This document shows positions 35,127-49,000 of a DNA stretch of 64,000 nt, in pieces (position 1 is the first letter of the stretch; each line of letters starts with the position of its first letter). Both the position numbers and the translations under genes were made by a program. Where the stretch lies: contig OZ365112.1 in assembly GCA_977030845.1 (NCBI GenBank), forward strand, positions 19,778,001-19,842,000, read 5' to 3'. Origin of the DNA: Fimbriosthenelais zetlandica. Taxonomy: Eukaryota. The notes beneath the pieces were generated by a model. It was given only the letters and a program-made list of their open reading frames with translations, did no database searches and was not told the origin of the DNA.

Positions 35127-36963
35127 CACTATATAAACGTATTTATAAAAAGTAGTGTACCATAGACGTATTAAAGTAATCATCAATCTCTCTTAGAGTA
35201 TTGGATCGACCCGTGTTAAACATTGATAGGCTACATATCCTGGCAAATATAATAATTATTATAGGGGTAGGGTCTGGAAGGGGAAGACCTACTTAAGTAC
35301 TAGATAAGGACCATATCGTGGAACCTGTGAGCTGCTTTTTGTGCTGACGCCAGCTGGGGAATATCCGCACGAAGTTCAATACAGGAACTACAGCTCAAAT
35401 ACTGCAGAAAAAAGTGTACATATGTATTTGTATTTGGTTTGTCCGATACACGGATACGCCTACTTAAAAGTGCTGGTATCGCACCCGACAAATCCTTCAT
35501 AAAGGAAACGGATCTCTTAATTGCAATGTTTCCTGATCCGGATACAATGCATTAATAAAGCATCCAAGGTTGTCCACTACTATAATGGTAATAATGTTCT
35601 ATTATTATAGGCTGATATAAAGTGATAATCTACTTTTGGTATAACCACTAAATTTGCAAATGGGGAAGTAGCCTACATTAAAGTCGCAAATGGTGAAGTA
35701 GCCTATAATTATTTCCAGGGAGTTTGACCAGTCAGTAGGTGTCTTTATAAATATTGGCGGCAGGAGAAATCATCGCTTATAATATTTGTAGGCCTACGTA
35801 CGCCATATAGGCATGCAGTCATGTGTCGTGCTATCATGTTGCCGGCAATAATCTCTCCAGATGGCGCCTGCATCCGCAAACCTCTGACTTCATTGCCACG
35901 AAGAAGTAGTTTATCTGTATGTACTTTTAGTTGCAAAATCCAACTATCATAAAAGGAGTTACATAATGTTTAATAGAGCTTTTCATTCAAACAGTTATAA
36001 TAGGTGTAATTAATGCTTAAGGGAATATTAATGCCATAAATATGCCACCTGCAATAGTGCATGGGCCTAGTTTTCCTCGGGAAGGCAATTAACTTGGGGC
36101 GATATAAAAATATGTCATGTAGGCTACCTTGTTCTTATAAATTTAGGTCTAATAACAGCTTTAAGGAGTAGATACATATGCCTATATACGTAGCAACACA
36201 TTCCCGGTCTTTCCCACTGAAATGCCTAGACCTTCCAGGCTTTGATAAAACAAAACGTCTATTATATGGATGATGCTATTGTGATGCGCAGCCTAACATT
36301 ATGAGCACAAAAGGAAGCTTGCTGCGTTCGAACCCTTCATTGTTTTCTCACCAATGGGTCTATACTAATGTTAGGCTACATACCACCTTCGATAGGCCCA
36401 TTATTTTGTCAAGAAGGCATAGACTAACTTAAGTGGATTGCATTGACTATATCTTATGCTAGATTTTAGGTAGGTATATGTTAGGAATAGGTAGGTTTTA
36501 GCCAACCTGAGTTTCAAATTTGTTTCGCCATAACGTTTTCGCGTTAGATCTTTTTATTGTTTTTTGTGAATATTATTTCCTTACGGGTTCTCTTTCGATA
36601 GGCAATTTAACATATTAATATTCACCTAATTATATCAGGCAACCATACCTGTACTCATTTGAAGAGAATCCATGAGCCTTGGCCTAGGCCAAAACACATT
36701 TTTAACAGACTGGCGTTTTCACAAATCACAAATGGCATTAAACCTTAAATGTTGAATAATATTTTTGAAAAATATAGCCAATACCTGCACGTGGGCCTTC
36801 TACTGGTTACTTTGGAAACCAGACTATTCACATATCCCTCCAGTGGCACAAGAGGGAACTATTCTTGACCCACTTCCCACGCCAATATGCTATCCCTTGC
36901 TGTTGCTTACTTCAATGTTGGAGCTATGTACTGGAGTTGATATACCCATACCAAACTATTAGG

Positions 36964-37015
36964 ATGGCCAGTCAAAATAGTCGAAGAATTGGTCCTATGA
37001 AGATAAGATTAACAG
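36964..37015 (+). CDS. SMURF: SMURF coding exon 1
   Basis: MASQNSRRIGPMKIRLT + G|GTAAGT; 52 nt. Confidence 0.92.
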
Positions 37016-40000
37016 GTAAGTTTAATGATACCTTTAGCTCTTTACAACTTGGGATTAGAAGCTATGGAGCCTTAAGATTTCCTTTAAAACATGGATTATT
37101 ATTGTGTATTTCTAACCACTGCAGTCCCAGCTCCTGGGCAAGATGGCCGCCAACGATTCGGTGGTCGTCAGTTGGGACACTTTGCATGGAATGAACATCG
37201 ACATTCTTTGGAATTGGTCATCCAATTTGCAAATCCTTGGTCGAGATATGATCGAGAAGAGGATAAATTGATAATGCCTTTGAATGATGCTTACCCGAGA
37301 CCGAGCGCATAATATGCAATGGCTGGAATTCTTTGACATGACATGGGGGTTTCAAAATGTGTAGACTATAGTCTATTATAAATGTGCATGTTTGTGTCTA
37401 CCAGTGGTAAATGCCCATTGCTTTCCAGGTTCTGTCCCATTATTCTTGCTGCTTGGTCTTGTGGTGTCGACCTATTCATTTCACGATGTTAGCCTACAGA
37501 TGTGACATTTAGGCAATTAAATATTATATAAAAGACATCACTCATTGATAAGACCAGTGCTAAGGTATTGGACTTGGGACAGGATTCCCTCGGGTATTAT
37601 TGTCCATTGGGATGGTTATAGTGTTGGTTGTATTGAATGGAGGACTTTATTTGGCAGTGAATTCCACCAGGCCAAATTTAGCGCTAACGTCTATTTAACC
37701 CTGTGACTGTCAATATAGTGATAATATAGGTAGCCTAATGATGCAGCTCCTTGTTCCTCTTGGTTGAATTAACATCTTGAGCAATTGATTCAAGATGTCG
37801 CAAAGGTTACCGTATGCATATAATAGACCTAACATGACAGATATAAGGGAAAACACATGATAGCAATAAGTACTATGAACCTCAGGTTATAATCCTGTTA
37901 AGAATATAATATGAACTTCCATATAGTACCGGGGATATATTACTTGAAAATTTAAACTAAGTATAGAATTATTATACCGTCAGTTAGGCCTACCATTGGA
38001 AATAATGTTGTTAAGAGGAAAATGGGCATATTTTCTGTCAGTCCACATACAAAATACATATTGCATGAACATATAGGTCGCCTTTGAAGTGTTTGCTTTA
38101 ATGTTCTTTATTTCTTCCCTCCTCATTCTTAGTCTAGGACTCTAGGTGCAATACAGACGTTAGGGGCCATAGTTTTTGTTTGTGTCATTGTATGACCCCC
38201 ATTTTGACAGACGCTGATGTCATCTCATCTACGTCCAACTTTGTGTTTCATGAAAGAACAAAATCTAGAACCTTACAACATATCTAACATCTATAGATCT
38301 AATCAGAACCATAAGGATGAATTATCTTTTATGATAGGCCTGTAGAATATATTTCCATATTACGCATCCGTATGATTCATACAATCACCCAGAGACAGAA
38401 TAATGCATCACAAGTGATTATGACGACCTTCATGAAAGTGTTACAGACACATTGATCAAAATTACAAATTTATACACGAGAACAATGGTATAGTGTTTAG
38501 TTTCGGGAGTCAAAAAACTAGGCCTACTATGTAACGAGCTCGTGCGGTATTTTTGGGCTATTGTTTTCCAGTAACCAGTTCTAGTCCTGAAAAGTATACC
38601 AGTGAAAGCCTACATCATAGCATTGTATGAACACAATGATGAAAATTGGTGATGCAAATAGTTTTCAGTAGTGCCACTGGTGGTTAAAATGGTAGTGATC
38701 ATCCAAGTGTGTCACATCTGCCCCCATGCTTCAGTGGACTGGGGAAACCCAACCGTCTGTCCATGTATACATACATAGACCTAGAGAACCCCTACCACCA
38801 CATTTACACATACATGTATAGATTTAAGAACCCCTACTGTCACCACAGAAAACCTTTTTATGCCTTTGGTCTTACATGCTGAAATTAGATGCTAGTTTAT
38901 GTCTGGCTATGATGATGTAGGCGTGACCACAATTACCACAACTTTAGACGGTATAGTTGAATCGTTGCTAAGAGTAAGAAAGAAAATTTAAGTGCTTGCA
39001 GATATCGTTCGCAAATTTCCACACTTAAATGAGCCAAAGAGGCGTCTCATAAGAAAAAATCGCTTTGTTTGCCCATTGAATCTTATTAATATGTATATAG
39101 CCTCTTGGTTATGAAACAGGCCCCGGGTCAGTAGAGAATACAGGTCACGTACCCTTCCTTCCAGCTCCCCCCCCCCCCCCCCCCCCGCCCACTGACCTGA
39201 CATATAGACCTACCAACAGTTGACCTACTGTAGATGGTCACTGGCCGTGTGGATTCAATAGGAAATACTCAACATAAACTATCGCCTATCTCCTTATATT
39301 AAATAATGACCATAAACTTAACATTTACTAATAAAATGGCCTCCTTATTATTTGATAATGGATTCCAGGCTTCCTTTATAAAAGGAAACATTCACCACTG
39401 GACACACAGCCAGGTGGCACAGGAACAATGAACTAACTTCATCCTTCATCTCCTCTTAATGACTATTTGAAATGGTTGCCTGTTAGTAATTAAATGCCAT
39501 AACAGGGAAGACACATGTTGGTTGCCTGCAATAGCCTTTGCCTCAAGCCCAAATACATTGAACTTTGATATTCAAACTGGAAGCCACCATGACTGTCACT
39601 AACGTGTCCTCAATCGATTTATACAGAGACAGTGGGGTGCTTGGCAAGTCACTAAAACATCGGTAACTCATGAATATATACAAGATAAGACGAGATTGGT
39701 ATAATAACTGCATAAAGAGTACTGTCTGATATTACCAAATCACTTAACAACATCAGTGACAGTGATGACCCTAGCTATTGGTACATGTACATATCATCAT
39801 GTACTTAATTTGAGATGATATCGATATTTGTAGTTTTACGGTCATTTAAAAATAGAAAATTAACATTAACATTATTATACCCCCAATTGTTGGCATACTT
39901 TAATTTAATAGTTGGAGTTCAACTCGTATAAATTATATGTCTGACTTTCCATTCTCCTGGTTATAATTATAGTCTACTGTATGTATACTTGAACAAACAA

Positions 40001-43000
40001 TCCATTTGTGACATCAGGCGAAATGTGGAGGTAGACATCCCCTCAGGAATAATAACAGTGTTTCACGCTTGTTTCACTTGAGACCTATTGTTGGACACTT
40101 TGAATTGCCAGCTTATATTTATACACCAGCCTGAGTTATGAGGTGTTGTACTACCAAGTCTCGCGGTGCTCCTATAACGACGCGAGTTTGATGTCGTCAT
40201 TTTATTGGAGACCGGATGTGTTCAAATCACTTGACTCGGCATATAGTCACATCTTTGAAATTTGTTCTGTTGCATTTAGGAACTAGCCAATAAAAAAATA
40301 ACTAGCCATGATTTCAGGAGCCCCTTCCCAATCTGGCAATCCTTCCCAACCTGACCAGCATCAGGCATTGTGGGGTCTTCATGATGGACCTATGAAATGA
40401 AGACCAGGCCATGCCTGTTGCTGGTCCTCTTTTTGGGTGTGGGTGTTGGGGGGGGGGGGGGTCTTCACGATGTACCTATAAAATGAAGACCAGGCCATGC
40501 CTGTTGCTGGTCCTTTTTGCCTTTCAGCAAATAAAAATGTCAAACAACGTATAATTCTATTGTTATGGGATCAGAAAGTGAAAAATAATTTGGATTCAAT
40601 GGCTGATGACATTGTGTCAAGTCACTGAGCAGCTACGTTGGCTAAGTATAGGCCTAAAATATCAAACTAATATACCGTATAGGCCTACATGTAGGTTCAT
40701 CTAGGTAAGAGAAGCAGGTGGTGAGCAGTTGTGGAAGAAGCTGTTCCTGGAGCTGCTAGTGACTGAAGGACACACGTAGAATACCAAATGGAGGATTCAC
40801 GGCATAGTCCAAGCATACCCAATTACTTTCCCAGTAACCCAACCGAAATGAACCGACTATAGCTGAATCGCATTGATGGTACTGAAGGAATCAAATATTT
40901 GAACAATGCGGTTCCCATGTAAACTTCATGAGTTGAGTTTGAAATTTTATTCACGAGAAAATAGAAATACAATACCCGCAATTATACAATTTTATACCAA
41001 AGTGAATAGGAGCTGCATCTCAGCATCTCATTGTTATTTTTAATATGTTAGGTTTACTTCTCAACATGATTTTTTTTATTGATATCACGATGTGCGGATG
41101 GATGGGGATGTTAGAATTCCCTTTGCCTATTCTAGCAGGTGGGCAGGTGAGTCAAGTCAGCCTCTTGTCTGTCTGACCCGCTTAATTATCGGATCTCCAA
41201 TCAACCTGCTATTCTCATGTGCCAGCCTGCAAGGCCTTCAATATGCTGCCCTCGTCTCCCTCTATTTATACTCCATCAATTAGGCATAAATTAATTTTGA
41301 ATAATGTCGATTAAAACGGATCCCTTATGTCCATCTCTATAGATAGATCCAATTGCAGTGGCAAGCATTCTGATCTCATTTACCGCTTTAAATTTAGAGA
41401 TAGATATAAAACTCGCTGTGAGTTTTTTTTTTATCTTGGCTTAAAGTTAACCCTGACTTACATACCTTGACATAATGCATTGCGAGGAACGCTTAGCTAT
41501 TTCATAGCCTACCTGCAATAGCAGAATTTTGGGTGGATGGAGATAATCAATGCTTTGCCATGATGAGTCACACTTTTACCTGTCGTGGTGCGGCGCATCT
41601 TGCCATACTCTTTTGCATCAGATAGTGGGTATGGGATTAGGACTACATGTGCTCGGCCAGAGTCGACTATAGTACAGGTACCCCCGAGCTAGCTTAACCC
41701 AGTGACCTAAGCAAGCTATTACTATTGATCTGGCTTAGGCTAGCTATAGCCAGGCAGAACAATCTGCATAGGCAATAACGAACCACATCTGTTAAATCAA
41801 TTCAAAATGAAATATTAAATGAATATGAATACTCTCCATAGTTAGGATTAACATTCTTTGGATTAAGGATTTATCTGTAGTGTTGTCAATAATCTATAAT
41901 AATCTATGGGAATTTATAATAAATGCACGCCCATTCTTAGGATGGGGAAAACGAAGTCCTCGGCAATCTGTATCGGACAAACTGATCAGTTTTGGCTTTC
42001 TGGCCATGGAGCGTGTATCATTGAGCGGGAGATGGAGGACAGACCCAGCATCGTCTACCCCCCACCAGCCCCCCCCCCCCCCCCAAAAAAACTAGTGAAT
42101 TATTGAATGAGGTAATTAATGGCTAGGGAGGTGGAGGGGTGCGCTGTGGAACCTGAGGTGGGAAGGGTAAACCACCCAGTATAGAGGTAGGGTGTAGGTT
42201 ATCTTCATGATGGACTATAATCAGCAGGTGGCCTTTTCATCATTGATTTGATACGATTCAATGGCTGACTAGAGGGTGTGGAGGATCCAGACAGGACAGG
42301 AGAAGATAATGTCTACTTTGGGATGTATTCACAGTGGTAGGCAGACATTGGTGATCGTGCACATACCTTGAAAAAATCATTCATCAAGTCACCATGATGT
42401 GTAAATAACCAACCAGAGAATCATCTCAAAATGCATAGGGAAACCTCTAAATTTGCCAGGCTGAGGTCAACCTCTACTCGGCACCTGGCATCTATAGCGG
42501 CATGTAAATCGAGGGGTGCCCTCCAAGTTATGACATACCATCGGGCTCCTTTTGATCTTCCGTCGTCAACAGACTTTTCCCGACCATCACAGACATCGCA
42601 ACTTCAGTACTAAACAATACACACGAAAGTGCAACAACATTCTCGAATACAGAAACATTGGCATCTGAATGGCAAGAGCAAGTGTTGCCCCTAATTTAAG
42701 TGCAGAAAAGAAGACAACATGGAAACGTGAAAAAAAAACTACTCAAGTTTGATGAAAGGAAATTTAACTTTCGTTTATTTCATTTATTCTTTATACTCAG
42801 CATAATGTTTGTATATATGTTTGTTGAAACATTAATATCGACATTAATTAGCATATTACCATTATAGTTATAGTGTTGTCTGATGAGACGTCCAAAATGG
42901 CACACAATGTCCAAAATACACGTATCCTAGAAATTATACACCCACATATCCAGGGAAATCTAAGTGCATAACCCTTTCCACCCATGCAGTCGAGTCAAGC

Positions 43001-46000
43001 GGCCATATAATAGGGTGGAATGGTGCTGGTTATAGGAGTAGATGGGAGGGAGAGAGGTATGCAAGTGAAGGGTGAACTGCGGTGAACCATTCCACCTCAC
43101 TAGAGGGTAGAGAAGTATCAGGCCAATGGAAATAAATGGATCATTGCTATAACGAAAATGTATATGTTAGCGACGAGTATAGAATGATAATTTATACGCT
43201 TTGATATTAGTCTACCATTATATCTTATTATTATCCAAACTTAATTGCAGGGATATAATTATAATAATTCGTAAGAAGCGTACGGTATGATTTAAAATGG
43301 GAAAAGAACCTCCGAACTATGAATATAAATAGGGCATGTACTGCTAGTCCTAACGAGATATATGGCGATTCTGCTGAGAAGTGTTTCGTCCCTGGAAACT
43401 TCCCATGTATTTTTGGCCTGAGATCATTGTATGAAAGCCATGAAAGGATTCCCTGTACCCAGCCAAGTCTGTGGTCTGGGTCAAAGCCTGTGTGTATAGA
43501 CACATGTCTCTAGAACCGGATCTCAATTCCTACTCTTCCTCTTTCTACTCGTCCCCTGAAAGGTATTTGATGGTTTAATGAACATGTGGACCCTCCTCTT
43601 CAAGGCTTCTGAACACCCTGATGACTTGTTTTTATGGTGTTGAAAGAACAAGAGTAGCTTAGCTTCAGAACTGATGATGAATTAGGCCAATCGTCCGCTT
43701 TGTGATAGTCAGCAGACCTACTTCCGGTCATGTGCAGAAAACCTATGTGACAGTAAAATGTTTAGTTATCTTCATTTGTAAACTAAAGAAATGGATATTT
43801 TCACTGATTGATTTCACTGGCTCAAGGAAAAGTAGACGCAGACATTGTGGATCCTTTGTTTGCTGGCTTGGGTGTCCTGTGCCCAGGTGCTCCAGTATAA
43901 TATATCATTGTTTAGCATTGTGTGTAGCTAATAGCATGGGCTAATTCATAGCTGGTTGGATCTGATTTAGGTGTATATGGATAAAGGTTAACCACTGGAA
44001 GGGCCAAGTACATCGACCTTTCCTACCATATAGCCTGCCTTTGTGCCTCTTATCTCGGTTGGTGATAAACTGTTGTCTGGGCTCGTGTTCTTTTACATTC
44101 TCCTGCTATATTGTAGATGTCAGTATCAACAGATTTCTGATTAAATATACAAGGTTTCAGAAGCTTATTTTTTTTTAAAATAATTTACATTGTTTATCTT
44201 TGTTCAAATTTTACTCTTTTTTTGATAGGTAACAGAATTGATTGGTTATCTCTTTATTTGGGCCATTATTAATGTGACAGAACTAACATTTGGCCAGCTG
44301 GCCGCTGCAAATGGTTTAAACATGGAACTACACACCTGAATTAGGTGTGGGAAATCAATGTAATGACCCTTCTTGGACGTGCCGAAAATTGACATAATCA
44401 TGACCCCTGCATGCAGACATGCAAACCAAACTGTCTACATGCTATTAATTGACTCCATTCCTGACATGGGAACTCATGATAAATATACCAGACAGGTATA
44501 ATACGCCCATAGCATTATGCTCCGCTCCAAAAAGCAGACTAAAACGTTTTTAAACAAAAACCTCCAGCAGATACCTGGCCCCTTGTATTAAGATTCGTAT
44601 ATATATACATTGACCCTGAAAGGCAATCTTTATCATCCATAACAAAAGTCTTTAATGAGCTTGACATACTTATGAATTGTCTGAGAATTTCATATTTCGT
44701 TCAGTAGATACTCATAATCGTCTTAACACCTTAAAAGAGTCTATATGATATATACATGTATAAATAGATAGTATACGGTTTTATATCAATCCTGAACACT
44801 TTCCACCTCTAAATTAATTATACTACCAGAGTATAGTGTCTCATGTAGAAAATATGCTGTGTAATAATACACAGGGTAATTTATTACACAAGAATGTCTA
44901 CTCTAGTATAAGATTTATACTCTAAATGAAATTGACGTGGAACAAAGTGGAAAAAACAGGATGCAACCCAGCAGCCAGCCACATATGCCACGCATGAATA
45001 ATTTGTAGGTATCACTCCTACACCTTATCCACACAGACACTGAGAGAGAGAACAGATGGTTGGAAGTAACATATTGTCATAATAAAACAGGACACATGTA
45101 GTCTCAGCAAGCATTGGTGCATAATTGTGGCTAATGGGCGTCGTGTGACACATGAATATTTCTATCTCACCTTGAGTCATTATGTCCACAATATACATGC
45201 ATGGTGACAAGAAAGAGGACATCATGTTTCCTGTCTCTGATATAATTCAAGCTATCTTTTTGGTACCAATCTTTTCAAAATCATTATAAGGAGGGGGGAC
45301 CATTAGAATACCACACACACACACAAGATAGTCCTTTAAGAACTCGTTGCATGATTGAGGTTTATATTTAAGGTCTAAAGCCCCATATTGAATAATTGCC
45401 TTTTTTGGTTGCTTCTTCATGTATCTAAGCCTAAGATAACCCATGGAACATAATGAGAAAGGGGAGATCTTAACAAAATAATTTGGTCCATTGGACTTTG
45501 GAAATTCTCCAAATGGGAAACTTGGCAAAGATTTTTCAGCACAAAGAGGAATTTTCCGGAGTTCTTACCCAAGAGGAAGTGGCTAATATCTTATTCCCCT
45601 TCAAACATCGGACAACATAACCTGGGAAAACATAACACTTTTCAACATTCATTTCAAGGGTTGCATATTGACATTGTGTTTGACAAGTATTTCCTCAAAT
45701 GATACCCGATATATAGGACCTATCTTTTGGGCCCAGCCATCCATGTGCGACGATTTTTTGAAGGAAACCAAAACACCAAAACAATATGGCCGTCCAAACA
45801 CAACCCGGGGACCAGGAGAATGATCTTGCCTCGGGATGCAGATGCGGTTTCTGCCTCTGTGAACAGAACTAAATATGTTAATAAATAGTATATAATGATA
45901 TCTTGTACCCTTAATACCCTCCTGTCCTTATTTTTATTGCGTCCAAACGCTTTCCAATCTTTGCTGGCTCCCATGCCTCCCCTAGACCAATCCTCCCAAG

Positions 46001-49000
46001 TTATAAATACATTATCTGAAAGCATAGCACCTTGTTGATACCTGCTAGAGCAGGGGTTGGCTCAGACAGAGACCAAGGCCAAGGGAAATGGGGAGAATTC
46101 GTTAAGAGGCTGACATAGCTCCCAATTGGTCCATTGTGTTGCTCTCAGAAGCCCAGACCTTTTGGTCAGGTGTGCTTTGGATTTGTAGTGTGGATCTAGA
46201 TCTAGATGTGAATCACTTTTTCCATTTCCGGACCTTCAAATTTAAAGCTGCTTTTTTGTACCACTCTAATGCCCACCTTCGAATTGGTGACATTTAACCA
46301 TTGTCGAGGATATTTGTTATTTGTCCGGCAAAACTTTTCTGCTTATTGGATTCTCTGTGCATATAATGGGGATTAAGTACAAATATTACAGGAATAATTG
46401 AATATACACAGTAATTGTCATAAGTGTGCTAAATACCATGGCCTCTTTCCTACATAAACACAATGTGGCTTTGTTTTCTTAGCCCCCATCTCTACTTAAA
46501 GGGAACCTAACAATGAAGGGTCTGGCCTCAGACCACTTCGCCTTTGAGTATATATATACTCTAGACATGGAATTTAGAAAACTATTTCTCTACTGTCCCA
46601 TTTTCTGCCTCCCACACTAGTCTGATCTGTTCACTGTTTATAGACTACATACATTCTGGTCTGACCTTTGTTGGTACTGATCTTTGGACATTGTCGGCCT
46701 TCACTGGCCTTGCCTTCAAGTGACCTAGTTCACTGACCTGGATAATTGACCCAGATATGCCCTCTTTTAACATAATATATCTATTCTTTGTTGTGGTGTA
46801 TGATATATAGAATTTTGTTTTCTAGTGTGTTTCACAGATCTCAATTTTCAGCATTTGTCTTGTGCTGAAGTAATGGAGACGGCTATAGATGAACAATAGG
46901 CCTCTTTAGGCCTCATCCCAGTTGATGTTGGACCTTTTTCATTTTATGCTCCATATCTTTTAAGGTATCCTTTAGAAAGATATATCTTTACAATTTTTAT
47001 TCTGACTCATCATAGGGGAGTCTTAACTTGAGGTCATTTGAGGTGAAATTGGCCTTTAAGATGTTATACATGTGCAGCCAAAAAGTAATTCACCTAATTT
47101 ATATGTTCCAAATTGTCCAGACATTTTTGGTAAGGAAATTGTTCTCCCCTTTACCTAAGGTCCATGTTCATTTATAAGCAGACCTTTGCCAACCTAACTG
47201 AGAGATACTAGCTTTAATACATTAGTGTTGTAGCAGTGAGATGGGAGAGTGAAGTGAAGGCCTGTCCCCCTCTGTTCTCTTATACTGACTGATGTTCACT
47301 CAACAGTCAGGGGTCAAGTATCATCCATCATTTAGTGAAACATCACCTGCCTTGGTGGACCTGGATGAACATAAATAAGCAGGGATGTTCAAATATGAAA
47401 CTTAACAGCTAGTTAAAATTGTTCAGATCCAATATTTCCTATACAAATCTCATTGTGTCCTCGTTTTGATTTGGAGTTATGCTATGTTGTTCCCGGATTT
47501 CAATGTGCCCACACACCATTTCTTCTTATCGACAAAAGAATACAATCCCTGCACCAGCTGGAGAGATGTACAATCATGAATATAAACCAATAATAAATAA
47601 AGCAAGTTGTCACTGATGGTGGAGCCATGGCTTAAGCTGACAGGTGAAATGTATGGTATATGCATGGCTGCTTAGTCAACAAGGTGGCCTGAAAGACAAG
47701 ACACGGGAATCGGGACCAACAGAGTCTGTAACACATGCACAAACGTCAGGATTCAGACACAAGCACAACATTCCTCCCTTAATATGTGCCTAAAACAGCT
47801 ATACATAGTGACAGATATGGCCAGCCTTTGTTAGCTAGGTCTAAACTAGGCAAGATAATTTTAGTTAGCACTAATAGATATCTGGGATTACCAATTAATT
47901 GTATATCTATGCAGTATCCAATCAGATAGTAAGTTCAGATCTTCAAAACGTTAATACCAGCAATATAAGGACATACATGCACGAGGCTAGGAGTACAGGC
48001 CTGCAGTGTACTCAAGCCTTGAGAGATTAGTGGATCAAGACCCTTGTGGTCCATTATTGCAGCTGACTGACCTTTCAGTCTGGGAGACTCTTAAGTCAAC
48101 ACAACTTAAGGGCCTGCCTCTTACCCATAGGTTCCAGATAGATCAACATTGGAGGTGGCAAGCTGGTAGAAAGCCAAGAGTTCCCGAGGCCTACAGCAAA
48201 TACCCTGCTCTAAAATAGTAAGGGCTAGCATTAAAACAAAAAGCCCCTTATTAGATTCACTTAGAGCTAGGTTTAATGCCAGCTTTATCTAGGGGTGGGG
48301 CTTTTTACTAAAGCGACTGAGTTAGACGAGGATACAGAAGGAGGGAGTCGAATAGATGTATATATGTGACTGAGATCGAGTACAACAATCGAGTCGTTTT
48401 TCAGATATAACATATGGACTGCAGATCCCTACATAGTGGTGTATTTAATCTATGGCGCTTTTAACAAGTGCTGGCCATAACTCCTGTATTAATGTTTTAT
48501 ATAGGCCTTTATGTAAAATAATTGGCTTGGTTATATTTTTAAGATACATAACCTGGGGTGATACCTAGTAAACAATGGTTTTTCTTTTTTTAGGTTCACT
48601 CATTTACCATATCATGCCATTGTAGCATCAATGACTTGCTATCCATTAAGTAAATATTGCAAATATTGCGAGTGAACTCTGAGCTGCTCGTGATAACAGT
48701 GCACGTGAGAAGCTCATCGTTCCATTTTTGTTACTATCCATCCCTGGATACACCCACGCTGCAGACACAAGGCAGCTCCATCATCTCCTTTCCCTCCCAA
48801 ACCATTTCCAAGCAGCCAGTTTTGGTTATGATTAAGCTGAGCTGAATTGTCTAAATGTCACCCATTGCTTCCTCCGAATCCCCTCCACTCTCATCACCTT
48901 GCTCAGTCTAATTAAATTACACTCAAATAGATGCCTACTGCCTGGTAATATTTTCTGTGCATGGTACTGGGCTGTGAGCCATCTCTTACATCCCATGGTG

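Noticed and set aside
35265-35300. Helitron-like hairpin plus CTAG
   Set aside because: Imperfect stem, and CTAG is followed by A rather than T.
1314-37015. Ancient claudin-IRF synteny (human CLDN22/CLDN24 lie in the same band as IRF2, 4q35)
   Set aside because: Those are intronless classical claudins and the genes here are intron-containing divergent superfamily members. Orthology cannot be supported without a phylogeny.
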